This document shows, in pieces, positions 19,931 through 29,864 of a stretch of DNA of 64,000 nt. How positions within the stretch are numbered: position 1 is the stretch's first letter; each line of letters starts with the position of its first letter. The notes under the pieces are model-generated. The model saw nothing but the letters and a program-made list of their open reading frames with translations. It had not been told where the DNA came from and did no database searches. Made by a program: the position numbers and the translations under genes. This DNA is from an uncultured Fibrobacterota bacterium (GTDB lineage Bacteria > Fibrobacterota > Chitinivibrionia > Chitinivibrionales > FEN-1185), in the NCBI GenBank assembly GCA_963729895.1, contig CAVSQB010000028.1, positions 64,001-128,000 of the forward strand, read 5' to 3'.

Positions 19931-21817
19931 ATGAAACCGGTGGACAATCACTCGATCCTTCGGCATTTGACAAGGGGTCCGTATATCACGGCGATCTTGT
20001 TTTTTGCTTCCTGTTTCCTTTTCACACTTCTCTACCTCGACCCTCGCCTGATGTTCATCTTCAACGGCATGAACAAATATTCCTATGTCTTCGAATTCAG
20101 CAGGGAGTATGCCGGGGCAATCGCATTCGTGCCCGGAGGGTTTGCAAAACTCGCTGCGACACTTATTGTGGAGGCGAGCGAACATGGCTGGCTTGGCGCC
20201 GTTCTCCTTACACTCGTTGCAGGCGGACTGACGCTGGGGACGGCGGCGTTCGTCACCACCGTGCGCCGAAAGCCCCTTTTTGTCCTGCACTATGTTCCGG
20301 CGATTCTCTTTCTGGCCGTCCTTTCGCGGTACAGTATGCAGTACCTTCCAGGCATCCTGTCTATAGTGGGGTCAATCATACTCGCGCATGTCTACCAGTG
20401 CACTTGCGGAGAATCCGCAACGCGACGTTGTGCGCTGTTTTCCCTTCTTTTTCTTGTTTCCTATTATCTCTTCAGTTTTACCGCCGTCCTTTTCGGAGTG
20501 CTGGTGATCGTCCACGAGTTTCTTGTGCGGAAAAATAGAATGGTTTCGATCCTCTGCACGGCCGCGGTTCTGGCCGTTGTTCTGTTTTTGTCAAGGCTGC
20601 TCGTTTTTCCCTTCGACAGGGTCTTTAACTATGCATCGATAGTTGATTTCAAGCAGCTGTTGCCGTATCTCTTCCTTGCCGCTCCGCTTTCCGCATTGCT
20701 CGCCGGCCTCGGGATATTTTCGGCGGACGGTGTCCGGATAAGTGGGAAGAAATCGGAACATGGGCGCGTTGCCAAGCTCCTGGGCGTGGCGCGGGAAATT
20801 GTCGTGGTGCTGGCCCTTGCCGCGACCATGCTGTGGGCAACCCGCGACTGGACAACCAAGACCCTGCGGGAGCTTGGTTCGGCGCTCTACGATGACCGCA
20901 ATGCCGTATGGAATGATGTTCTCCAAAAGGAACACTCGTTTCTTTTTAAGAATTCTCCGAACTGGCAATCCCCTACCACTCTCTTGACGGCGCATGCGCT
21001 GTATCGTGCGTTATACCACACCGGCCGTCTCGGAACAAACATGTTTGATTTTCCCCAGATTGCAGACCCTGAGCCGCTTCTGCTGTGGAACAGTTCTTCA
21101 AGCAACTATGTCCCCGCCTGGGCAATGGCCCTAGAATCGGCCATGGACCTGGGCGCATTGAATTTTGCCGAGAAGACTGCAGGGGAGGCGATGGAGAACA
21201 TGGGGCCGCTTCCGTTCCTTCTGTTCCGCCGCACGCTTATCCAGGCGGCGAAAGGGAACGATGAGTGCGCCCATGTCTACCTTAACAAACTGAAACGAAT
21301 GCCGGGATACGGTTTACTCGCGCGGCGGTTCGGACGCGGCGCCGGCACGGCCGATCTTTCTGCGGACACCGGGGTCGTCCGTCTCCGTTCATGCATGGAC
21401 ACGGCCGATTATGTTTTCAGCCGGGTCAATGAAGAAACGGTGTTGTTGAATCTCCTTAAAAGCAATCCCCGCAACCGGATGGCCTTTGAATATCTGATGG
21501 CGTATTATCTTCTTTCCCGGCGGCCGGACATGGTTGCACGGAATCTGTATCGTCTGGACGATTTCGGCTATACGAAGATCCCGGTGCTCTACGAGGAGGC
21601 ATTGGAAATTTACCGCGAAAAAGACACGGTTGCGGATATCGTTCTTCCGAAGCTCACGCCAAGCCCTCTCACCGCGGTTCGGAGCGAGCGGTTTCTCCAG
21701 CTTATGCGGCTCTATGAAACCGGCGCGCCCGGCTCCCAGGCGGCGCTGATTGCCGAATTCGGTGCGAGCTATTTCTTCTTCTTTATCTTCAGGTATTCGG
21801 CCGGGGATCAATCATGA
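19931..21817 (+). CDS. DUF6057-like membrane protein
   Basis: N-terminal multi-TM region with PGG motif; C-terminal NPRNRMAFEYLMAYYLL and YEEAL; coupled to a PD40 gene. Confidence 0.75.
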   Translation: MKPVDNHSILRHLTRGPYITAILFFASCFLFTLLYLDPRLMFIFNGMNKYSYVFEFSREYAGAIAFVPGGFAKLAATLIVEASEHGWLGAVLLTLVAGGLTLGTAAFVTTVRRKPLFVLHYVPAILFLAVLSRYSMQYLPGILSIVGSIILAHVYQCTCGESATRRCALFSLLFLVSYYLFSFTAVLFGVLVIVHEFLVRKNRMVSILCTAAVLAVVLFLSRLLVFPFDRVFNYASIVDFKQLLPYLFLAAPLSALLAGLGIFSADGVRISGKKSEHGRVAKLLGVAREIVVVLALAATMLWATRDWTTKTLRELGSALYDDRNAVWNDVLQKEHSFLFKNSPNWQSPTTLLTAHALYRALYHTGRLGTNMFDFPQIADPEPLLLWNSSSSNYVPAWAMALESAMDLGALNFAEKTAGEAMENMGPLPFLLFRRTLIQAAKGNDECAHVYLNKLKRMPGYGLLARRFGRGAGTADLSADTGVVRLRSCMDTADYVFSRVNEETVLLNLLKSNPRNRMAFEYLMAYYLLSRRPDMVARNLYRLDDFGYTKIPVLYEEALEIYREKDTVADIVLPKLTPSPLTAVRSERFLQLMRLYETGAPGSQAALIAEFGASYFFFFIFRYSAGDQS

Positions 21818-23343
21818 AGCAGGCGCATCTTCTTTTCTTCGGCTTCACCATCGCCTTGTGCCTTTCGGGGTGCGGCGGCTGTCCTGACTTTGCTGCGGTC
21901 CGCAGTGCAGCGGCGGCAGCGGACCGGACGCCTGTTCTCAAACCCGATTACGCGGATATCACGATTCCGCCGAATATCGGACCGCTTAACTTTGTCCTAC
22001 AAGAAACCGGCGCGCGCTACTTCACGCGCATCTCCGGAAAGAAGGGAAAACCGATCACGGTTTTTTCGGCGCATCCCGAAGTCCGTGTTCCACCCGGGCC
22101 GTGGCGCAGACTCTTGTTGAAGAACCAGGGCGATACGCTGTGCATCGACGTTTGCATCAGGCAATCGGACGGATCATGGCGCGGGTTTCGGACCGTAAAA
22201 AACGCCGTATCCGGCGACCGGACCGATCCCTATATCATGTACCGGACCTTGAGCGTCTTATATATCTATTCCCGGGACCTTTGCCTGTACCAACGGGACC
22301 TTGAAACGAACAGGGAATCCGAAATATTGAATGCGCTGAATTTTTTCCCGGGATGCTGCAACTGTCATACCTTCTGCGGCAATGATCCTTCCAGGGCAAT
22401 CTTCCATATCCGGACCCAGGACTTCGGCAATTCCGCCCTCGTCGTGACCGGCGGAACCGTAGGGAAAATACCGACAAAGTTCGGATACACATCGTGGCAC
22501 CCGAGCGGCAAACTCATTGTATACTCTGTCAACAAAGTGGACCAGTGTTTCCATGCCGCCTGGAAGGACCCGCGCGACGCATTCGATTTTAATTCCGGGC
22601 TCAAGGTGTACCGGGTGGATCGGCACAAAATCGTCACCGTGCCGCAGATTTATCGGGAATCCGCGCTGGAAACATGGCCGTGCTGGTCCGCCGATGGAAC
22701 ATGTCTCTATTTTTCGAGCGCCCCGCTCACGTGGAGCGATTTCAAGACGAACCCGCCCGAAAATCTGAAAAAAACACGTTACAGCCTGATGCGCGTCCCG
22801 TATGACCTGAACAGCGATTCCTGGGGCGCGGTCGACACGGTATTGTCGGCCGACGTCACCGGCAAGAGCATCACCCAGCCGCGCGTTTCGCCGGACGGCA
22901 AATTCATCGTGTTCTGCATGCATCCCTACGGGCCGTCGCCCTATCTGCAGCCGGGCAGCGATCTTTACATCATGGATATCGCGACCAGGATGTACGAGCC
23001 GCTGGCCGTGAACAGCGAATGGTCGGAGTCGTGGCACTCATGGTCGTCCAACAGCCGATGGCTTGCATTTACAAGCAAGAGGAACGGCGGCATCATGGGA
23101 AGGATTTATCTGTCCCATATCGATGCCCACGGCAAAGCTGCAAAGCCGTTCATCCTCCCGCAGAATGATCCGCGGTTCTACGATTCGTTCATCAAGGTGT
23201 ACAATATTCCCGAATTCGCCACATCCCGCTTCACCGTGCCGCAGAAAGCGCTGGTGTCTGCGATACGCTCCTACAAACATCTCGACGTCGATGTTCCGGC
23301 AATCACCGGAGCCACCCCGAGGGCACCGCCGAAACCGGAGTAA
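21814..23343 (+). CDS. TolB/PD40 beta-propeller lipoprotein with CxxCH motif
   Basis: Lipobox LSGC; PDYADITIPPNIGPLNF; CCNCH; PD40 repeats SWHPSGK, PCWSADG, PRVSPDGK, HSWSSNSRWLAFTSKR. Confidence 0.85.
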   Translation: MKQAHLLFFGFTIALCLSGCGGCPDFAAVRSAAAAADRTPVLKPDYADITIPPNIGPLNFVLQETGARYFTRISGKKGKPITVFSAHPEVRVPPGPWRRLLLKNQGDTLCIDVCIRQSDGSWRGFRTVKNAVSGDRTDPYIMYRTLSVLYIYSRDLCLYQRDLETNRESEILNALNFFPGCCNCHTFCGNDPSRAIFHIRTQDFGNSALVVTGGTVGKIPTKFGYTSWHPSGKLIVYSVNKVDQCFHAAWKDPRDAFDFNSGLKVYRVDRHKIVTVPQIYRESALETWPCWSADGTCLYFSSAPLTWSDFKTNPPENLKKTRYSLMRVPYDLNSDSWGAVDTVLSADVTGKSITQPRVSPDGKFIVFCMHPYGPSPYLQPGSDLYIMDIATRMYEPLAVNSEWSESWHSWSSNSRWLAFTSKRNGGIMGRIYLSHIDAHGKAAKPFILPQNDPRFYDSFIKVYNIPEFATSRFTVPQKALVSAIRSYKHLDVDVPAITGATPRAPPKPE

Positions 23344-23526
23344 GTTAGCCTCGCGACGAGTTTGCCGCACCTCATTTGAAAAGGGGAAGATCAAGTACAT
23401 GAAGAAGCGACTTTTGATTGACCCGGAGTGAAATGACTTGATTTTAGCGGGAAGGAAGAGGTAAATTTTTGGGCGGAGTGGCAGGCTCAGGCGCCATCGG
23501 GAATCTCAATGACCGTACTTCGGGAG

Positions 23527-23880
23527 ATGAACTTCATGATCGTTCCAATACCGTATGTCCACGTTGGAACCGGTCTGCTCTGCGCTCTTTTAGCTGTTCC
23601 ACTCATCCTCAAGAAAGTTCCCATGAACCGGGCCTATGGAATTCGGGTGCGGAAGGCGTTCGTCTCCCAGTACAATTGGTACGCGATCAACGCTTTCGGC
23701 GGGAAATTATTCCTTGGGTTCGGTCTGCTCCTTATTCTCTCGGGTTACCTCTCTCAAGGTAAGGCTCCGCCGCCCACCAGCATGTGGGCACCGGTGTTTT
23801 TGGCCGCACCTTTGGTCATCGCGTTCATCGTCATTGCCATCGCGCTCAATGTCTTTGCTCGTCGCTTGCCGGATCGATAG
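23527..23880 (+). CDS. SdpI/YhfL-family membrane protein
   Basis: KKVPMNRAYGIR...WYAINAFGG motif and three TM segments; exact start uncertain (23509, 23527 or 23536). Confidence 0.8.
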   Translation: MNFMIVPIPYVHVGTGLLCALLAVPLILKKVPMNRAYGIRVRKAFVSQYNWYAINAFGGKLFLGFGLLLILSGYLSQGKAPPPTSMWAPVFLAAPLVIAFIVIAIALNVFARRLPDR

Positions 23881-23958
23881 CCTCAATGGAAACTACGTCC
23901 TAAATCGAAATGCGCCGGCAGGCTGACCGCCTGTCGGCATTTGCAACAGGAGATTGGA

Positions 23959-24777
23959 ATGAGATTATGTGCCCGCAAGATTTGGTCTTTAATGCTCCTT
24001 GTGTTTTTATCAAGGTTCCTGATGGGATGCGCATCCACCCTCGCCGGTTACAACATAGTGGAAATTTCCGATGAAGCGGATGTGCAAGGATGCAAAAGAA
24101 TAGGCCTTGTTACCGGGAATACTTATTGGGGCGGGTTCTTGTCTCAAAATAGAAGTTTGGAATTGGCAAAAAAGAGAGCATTACAGCAGGCCAGGTCCAA
24201 AGGCGCAACACATGTTTTGTGGTTAAAAACGAACAAGGGAGTTTTTGGCGCTTCAGTTTCGGGAAGAGCCTTTGTTTGTTCGGAACGTGTAACCCCGATC
24301 GGCGAAAAGGCCGATACCGCATCAAGAATAATTCCTTTATCCAAATCTCTGGCGCCAAAGAAGGATAAGGCCTCGGGCTACGCAGCAGTTATGAGATTTG
24401 AATCTGCCGGTTTCGACAGCGGCATATCGATGGTTGTGACGGATATTTTCACAAATCAGATTCAAGCAAACGGAAAATACAGGGTCATGGAAAGATCTCA
24501 AATGAACAAGATATTAAGTGAACAGGGCTTTCAGGGCAGCGGCGCATGCAGCACCACGGAATGTGCGGTTGAAATAGGCCGGTTGTTGAGCATCGATAAC
24601 ATGTTTGTCGGCAGTATCGGCAAACTTGGCGAAAGCTGGGTTATCAACATCAGAATTATCAGTGTCAAAACGGGAGAGATTTTGGCGAATGTGTCAAAAC
24701 AGGTTGTGGGTAAGGTTGACAATTTGAGCTCTGCTGCAATTCAAATGGCAAATGAGTTTTCGCAAGAAAGCCGGTAG
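23959..24777 (+). CDS. Lipoprotein with N-terminal DUF4156-like region and C-terminal CsgG/DUF2380-like domain
   Basis: Lipobox LMGC; YRVMERSQMNKILSEQGFQ.SGAC...CAVEIGRLL...GSIGKLG; visibly AT-richer than flanks. Confidence 0.75.
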   Translation: MRLCARKIWSLMLLVFLSRFLMGCASTLAGYNIVEISDEADVQGCKRIGLVTGNTYWGGFLSQNRSLELAKKRALQQARSKGATHVLWLKTNKGVFGASVSGRAFVCSERVTPIGEKADTASRIIPLSKSLAPKKDKASGYAAVMRFESAGFDSGISMVVTDIFTNQIQANGKYRVMERSQMNKILSEQGFQGSGACSTTECAVEIGRLLSIDNMFVGSIGKLGESWVINIRIISVKTGEILANVSKQVVGKVDNLSSAAIQMANEFSQESR

Positions 24778-25087
24778 ACAAAATCAGTCTTGGTGCACTA
24801 CGTGTGAAAGCGATGGTTTCCAGAGTTCTGAACCGGAATGCAACGACGATAAAGAAGTTTTTGAGCCACGAAGTCTTATTGAAAGTGAGAATTGTTTTCG
24901 CATATTCGAAAAGGGCAGGTAAATAGAGCGATAATCTGTCTTGCAACCCGTGACCGACTGACTGCTGGCTTAATATTTGCGTTATTTCACTTCAAGTCAT
25001 CTGACCTCCGGCGAATGCCGGAAAGGTCGTTCATCGAAGACCGGGAGTAGATTCCGGTGACCTTTTCAAGAAGGGGGATTTTCTTCT

Positions 25088-25261
25088 ATGAATAAGAAAT
25101 CGAAAAAGCCGCTTCACAAAAAATCAAAGAACACCGTAAGCAAAGGTTCCAAGCTTTCCTGCAGGGAATGCGGATTGCAGGTCAGGGTCGTTGATGATTG
25201 CAATTGCGCCACCCCGTGCGACCTGACGTGCTGCGGAGAGCAGATGATTGTTTCGTGCTGA
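25088..25261 (+). CDS. 57-aa Cys-rich, desulforedoxin/metallothionein-like small protein (below ORF-track cutoff)
   Basis: MNKKSKKPLHKKSKNTVSKGSKLSCRECGLQVRVVDDCNCATPCDLTCCGEQMIVSC; AAGGGGGA RBS; CxxC...CCGxxM. Confidence 0.75.
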   Translation: MNKKSKKPLHKKSKNTVSKGSKLSCRECGLQVRVVDDCNCATPCDLTCCGEQMIVSC

Positions 25262-25552
25262 TACGATTTTGAAAGAAAAGCTTTCAGCCTTTGTGCGGGC
25301 CGTGACGTAAAAGTAACGAGCGTTGCTGGTGCATATAGGGAATATTCACGGTACTTAACGAATCGGGCGATACGCTTTATTCAGGACGCAGCATAGAAAA
25401 CCCATTTTTGATGGGCGTCAAGTTTGCCACTGCCGGGCATGCGCCACTTGGTGATTGGAACATTGGACAACAATCTGAGATTCGGATTCACGCTCAAACG
25501 TGTTTTCTGTTTTCCGTATCCCTGGTTCTGAAACACGCAACAGGAGGCGCTT

Positions 25553-26206
25553 ATGAAACACTGCGTTCCGGAAAGCGGCAAATTCATCGGCATTCTGGTT
25601 ATGGTTCTTTTGCTGGCGGCAAAGAATGACTGGGCCACGACCCATGTAATTCAGTTCGGGGGAAGTCTGGGATTTGTGTATTCGCCCAAGGACTTTTCCG
25701 CCACTGTGGGGGACACGGTGGAGTGGGAAGGCGATTTCAGCGTGCACCCGCTCAGCTCAACAACAATTCCGGCAAACGCCCCGAGCTGGCATAATACGTC
25801 GGGAACGTCGTTCGAATATGTTATTACCGTTCCCGGAAATTACAATTACCAATGCGATGTTCACTTTAGCATCGGCATGGTCGGCTCCTTTGAGGTGAGC
25901 GCGGCGGCGGTGCGGCAGGTACCGCTCTCGGCAAATGCAGGGAATCCGAATCAGGTGGTGTTTGTCGATGCAACCGCGTCGGGAAATTCTGTTTCATTTT
26001 TTGTTCCTTCCACCCAATTCGTGACGCTTGAGGTCTTTGATCTTCTGGGACGCAGAATAGAAACACTTGTCAACCAAACAAAAGAGCCCGGCACGTATAC
26101 AAGTGTTCTGAAAGCCGGAATTCCCGCTCACGGCCTTTATTTCGCACGGCTTGCCGGAAACGGCAGTGAGGAAATCAGGACGCTAAAGGACCTAAATCGG
26201 CAGTAA
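25553..26206 (+). CDS. Secreted plastocyanin/cupredoxin with T9SS-like C-terminal domain
   Basis: VGDTVEW...VHPL...YNYQCDVHFSIGMVG (type-1 Cu ligands H, C, H, M); VFDLLGRRIETLV...GLYFARL; AGGAGG RBS. Confidence 0.85.
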   Translation: MKHCVPESGKFIGILVMVLLLAAKNDWATTHVIQFGGSLGFVYSPKDFSATVGDTVEWEGDFSVHPLSSTTIPANAPSWHNTSGTSFEYVITVPGNYNYQCDVHFSIGMVGSFEVSAAAVRQVPLSANAGNPNQVVFVDATASGNSVSFFVPSTQFVTLEVFDLLGRRIETLVNQTKEPGTYTSVLKAGIPAHGLYFARLAGNGSEEIRTLKDLNRQ

Positions 26207-26232
26207 TCCGCAAGTCCGTTTTTGCAACACAC

Positions 26233-26277
26233 CGTACGAAAAGGCCCCTTCCTTTAAGGATGGGGCCTTTTCGTACG
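26233..26277. terminator. Long near-perfect hairpin terminator
   Basis: CGTACGAAAAGGCCCC...GGGGCCTTTTCGTACG (16-bp stem), just after the cupredoxin stop. Confidence 0.75.
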
Positions 26278-26495
26278 CCTCGACGCGGAGGCAATCTCTC
26301 CATTTCCGGCGGTTCCTCTCAAAATCCATATCGGCTTGAGGTGATCAAATTATTTTGTTACCAGTGTAAACTGGTCCCTTTGGCCCTTATCGAGTATCTG
26401 CAGCGTTGTTCAATGCTGGGTGAGGTGCCGGGTTCTCTACGTAAAGTCCACCCTGCACCTCCCGGGAAGACAAACCATCAACAAAGGCGGTTGCC

Positions 26496-27407
26496 GTGAA
26501 AAAGACGAAGTGCTGTTTTCTTGCAATGCTGGTGCTGGCTGGTGAGGTTTTCTCCGCCAATTCCGGGGCGGCAAAGCGGCTGCAGGCGGAAGCAAACGGT
26601 ATTATTATCACCACGAGCGTTCCCGACACATTTTACGCGGACTCGTTCTACACGATTCCTCTGACGGCAACGTACAGCGGCAACGGCACCCTGGCCTGGA
26701 CTATACTTAAAGAACCTGCCAATATGCAGGAAATGTTTGACACCCTTGTATGGTCGCCGACGCTGGCAAACGTCGGCAAAGATACGATTGTACTTTCCGT
26801 TTCAGACGGATCGGTGAGCGACACGCTGAAGCAACCGATACAGGTACTGGCGGCGCCGACCCTGGCGATTTCCGCAGTATTCCCAGATACATTCTATGTG
26901 GACTCACTCTATTCAATACATCTGACTGCGACGCACGCGGGGAGTGCCAAGTTAACCTGGACCATATTGAAAAAGCCTTCCGGTATGCAGGACATTTCCA
27001 ATACCCTCATCTGGGCCCCCGGTGAATCAGACATCGGCAACGACACAATCATAATTTCCGTTTCAAACGATTCGACAAGCGACACATTGATCAAGCCCAT
27101 CGTGGTGGCATCAACAGCCGTCATCGTGGCAAATCTTAAGGACAACCCCGAGCCGATGATCTTGAGCGCACGGGTCACGCGAAGAAACGGCTCCATCGAC
27201 TTGCTTGTGGGCGTTCCGAGGGAGGGAAATCCGAATTGGGAAATAGGCCTCTATGATCTATCGGGCAAAGCGGTTTACAAGGAGCTGCTCTCGGGATGCG
27301 GATATCACCGGGTTTCTCTTGCTTCCGGCGAATTCAAGAGAGGTTTTTACATAATAAGGGTTTCCAACGGTTCAGAAGCACTAGCGAGAAAAGCCTTCTT
27401 TATGTAA
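26496..27407 (+). CDS. Secreted protein with two tandem Ig/cadherin-like repeats and a T9SS-like C-terminal domain
   Basis: Duplicated PDTFY.DS.Y.I.LTAT...LxWTILK.P..MQ...TL.W.P...G.DTI..SVS; LYDLSGK...GFYIIRV. Confidence 0.8.
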   Translation: MKKTKCCFLAMLVLAGEVFSANSGAAKRLQAEANGIIITTSVPDTFYADSFYTIPLTATYSGNGTLAWTILKEPANMQEMFDTLVWSPTLANVGKDTIVLSVSDGSVSDTLKQPIQVLAAPTLAISAVFPDTFYVDSLYSIHLTATHAGSAKLTWTILKKPSGMQDISNTLIWAPGESDIGNDTIIISVSNDSTSDTLIKPIVVASTAVIVANLKDNPEPMILSARVTRRNGSIDLLVGVPREGNPNWEIGLYDLSGKAVYKELLSGCGYHRVSLASGEFKRGFYIIRVSNGSEALARKAFFM

Positions 27408-27480
27408 CCGGATTATTACCACGTGCCGGCGTGCGCGAGTGACAACAAACCCTAAGACCGTGTGCGGGATCTGAGGTCTA

Positions 27481-28611
27481 GTGGTACCTGTTCTTAACCT
27501 ATCCCCAATTTTTGCCGCGGCAGTCTTGTTTTGCGCGATTGGAGCGCACGCCGGACATCCCGTTGCCGTTCTTGACATCCAGGGTGACCAACTCAAGCCA
27601 TCCGATCGCATCACCTTGACCGATTATATCACCACTGAGGTGGGGAACATTCCCGGCTATCGCGTCATCGCTCGGAATGCAGTGGCCAAAGCGCTTGAAC
27701 TGCGGGGAAGCGGCGCGCTTGAGTGCGACGATGAAAAATGCTTTGCCGACCTGGGCGGCGCGTTGGGAGCGGAATACCTTGTAACCGGCGAAATCGGAAT
27801 GCTCAACGGAAACTATGTCTGCAACTTCAGGCTTATCGACGTCAAAAAAGGTTCGACGCGCGCTCGGGTGTCGGAGTCGATTGAAGGGTACCTCGGCGAA
27901 TTGACAGACAGGATCCCGGCCATGGTGCGTCACCTTCTTTCCACGCTCCACAGCGCGGCGACCATCGGCGATTATTCCGAAGTCGTGAGATTCCTAACGG
28001 CAGGCGCCGATGTGAATGAAAAGGACGGCGCCGGCTGGACTCCCCTGCACTGCGCGGCATTTTACGGTTACTACCCGGATGAAGTGCAAAAGGCGATCTA
28101 CTACGGCACGGCCAAAGAAGCAAGCAACGCTCTGAATGATCTCGGCGCCGGCGAAAGGCCCCAAGGTACGGCGGATGTGGTGGATGTCCTGTTGAAAAAC
28201 GGCGCCGACGTGAACGCCAGAGACACGCTTGGCGAAACGCCGCTGTTTCTTGCGGCCCGGAAAGGTTTTGAAACCATAGTAAAATCTTTGCTTGACCATG
28301 GCGCAGACGCGAACGCAAAGACCAGGCGCGGCTGCACGCCGCTTCATGCGGCCGCAGACTCCGGTCTGGCGGAAATTGTCGCATTACTGCTGGCGCGTGG
28401 CGCGGTTGCGGACGCAAAGGACCAAAGCGGTTTGACGCCGCTCTTTTATGCCGTTTGCAAAGGCCACACGAAGGCGGCCGAAATTCTTTTGAAAAAAGGC
28501 ACGCAGGTAAATGCGAAAGACAACCTCGGTCAGACGCCTTTGCACAAGGCTTTGGCCGTCGGAAAGCAGGACATGGTGAGGCTCCTCAAGCAGTATGGAG
28601 CAACAGAGTGA
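27481..28611 (+). CDS. Exported ankyrin-repeat protein with N-terminal CsgG/DUF2380-like domain
   Basis: Signal peptide; ECDDEKCFADLGGALGAEYLVTGEI; ankyrin repeats GWTPLHCAA, GETPLFLAA, GCTPLHAAA, GLTPLFYAV, GQTPLHKAL. Confidence 0.9.
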   Translation: MVPVLNLSPIFAAAVLFCAIGAHAGHPVAVLDIQGDQLKPSDRITLTDYITTEVGNIPGYRVIARNAVAKALELRGSGALECDDEKCFADLGGALGAEYLVTGEIGMLNGNYVCNFRLIDVKKGSTRARVSESIEGYLGELTDRIPAMVRHLLSTLHSAATIGDYSEVVRFLTAGADVNEKDGAGWTPLHCAAFYGYYPDEVQKAIYYGTAKEASNALNDLGAGERPQGTADVVDVLLKNGADVNARDTLGETPLFLAARKGFETIVKSLLDHGADANAKTRRGCTPLHAAADSGLAEIVALLLARGAVADAKDQSGLTPLFYAVCKGHTKAAEILLKKGTQVNAKDNLGQTPLHKALAVGKQDMVRLLKQYGATE

Positions 28612-28723
28612 TCCCTCGCACGGGCTTTCGACGCAAACAGGGCAAGTTTGTTACGTATCACGATAAGGGAAAGGCAAATGTGTCGGTTCCCACAACCTGG
28701 GGAAATTCCCCAAGGAGGGCCCA

Positions 28724-29032
28724 ATGATGAAATGGTATAATTTCATAGCGTGTTTCTTTGCAGGATCCTTTCTTGCAAACGTGGTTCCGCATTTTATCCA
28801 CGGTATTTCGGGTTCGCCTTTTCCCTCTCCTTTTGCAAATCCTCCGGGCAAAGGAATGTCCTCTCCGACGGTCAATGTTCTGTGGGCATTGGCCAACCTC
28901 GTGATAGGGTATTTTTTGTTCAGGGCGGGGAAGATAGCGCCGGACAAGAAATGGAACCTTCTTGTATTCTTTGCCGGGATTCTGTTCGTCAGCGTGATGT
29001 TGAGTTTTGCGTTTGCAAACGTTCCCCGCTAG
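28724..29032 (+). CDS. Small membrane protein
   Basis: GGAGGG RBS; FLANVVPHFIHG...SSPTVNVLWALANL; three TM segments. Confidence 0.75.
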   Translation: MMKWYNFIACFFAGSFLANVVPHFIHGISGSPFPSPFANPPGKGMSSPTVNVLWALANLVIGYFLFRAGKIAPDKKWNLLVFFAGILFVSVMLSFAFANVPR

Positions 29033-29045
29033 ATGCCGGGTAAGT

Positions 29046-29780
29046 ATGATGGGCCTTAAAAACGCAATTGCCATTCTCCTGTTGCTTGCTATATGCGCCG
29101 GGTGCGCCAGTATGCATAATAGCGGCATCCTTAAGTCCGGAGTTGAGAATTGGAACAGGTGGAGAGAGGAAAACAAGACCGCCAGGCCGGACCTCAGGAA
29201 TGCACATTTGAAAGGGGCCAACCTTGCAGGAGCATTCCTTGCGGATGCCGACCTTGCGGGCGCCGACCTTGAAAGTGCGAATCTTGAGAAAGCCAACTTG
29301 CAGAGAGCTATCCTCACATTTGCGAACCTTACGAAAGCCGACCTGCGGGGAGCTAACCTTACCGAGGCGTTTGCTCGCAATGCAAGGCTGGGTAAGGCCG
29401 ACCTGAAAGGGACGGACCTTGAAGGGGCCGACCTTCGGCAGGACTCCCTCACGGGAGATTCTCTCCAGGGAGACAACCTTCATGGAGCGGACTTGAGGGA
29501 AGCTGAGCTTCACGGAGCCGATCTTCTGGGCACCGACCTCAGGGAAGCGGACCTCAGGGAAGTTGACCTTGACGAATCTGACCTGAAAAACGTCAAATCA
29601 TTTTACAAGACGAAACTTGATCCGGATGTTCTGGCCGTCATAAAGGCAAAGTGGCCTGAAAAACTTGCGACGATCTGGAATGATGCAAAGAAGAAATGGG
29701 CTATCGACGACACTCTTCTTGCACAGATCAAGAAACCCGATTGGCGCGGGTGGCTGGAGCAAGAAGATCGGGAGCAGTAA
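29046..29780 (+). CDS. Pentapeptide-repeat lipoprotein
   Basis: Lipobox-like CAGC; GVENWNRWREEN; long A(D/N)Lxx repeat tract. Confidence 0.9.
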   Translation: MMGLKNAIAILLLLAICAGCASMHNSGILKSGVENWNRWREENKTARPDLRNAHLKGANLAGAFLADADLAGADLESANLEKANLQRAILTFANLTKADLRGANLTEAFARNARLGKADLKGTDLEGADLRQDSLTGDSLQGDNLHGADLREAELHGADLLGTDLREADLREVDLDESDLKNVKSFYKTKLDPDVLAVIKAKWPEKLATIWNDAKKKWAIDDTLLAQIKKPDWRGWLEQEDREQ

Positions 29781-29864
29781 AGAACCTCGGGCGCAGAGGT
29801 TTTCGTTCGGCAACCGGATTCCTTATGATATGCAGTACTCATTATTTGCGAAAGGATGGAACCT

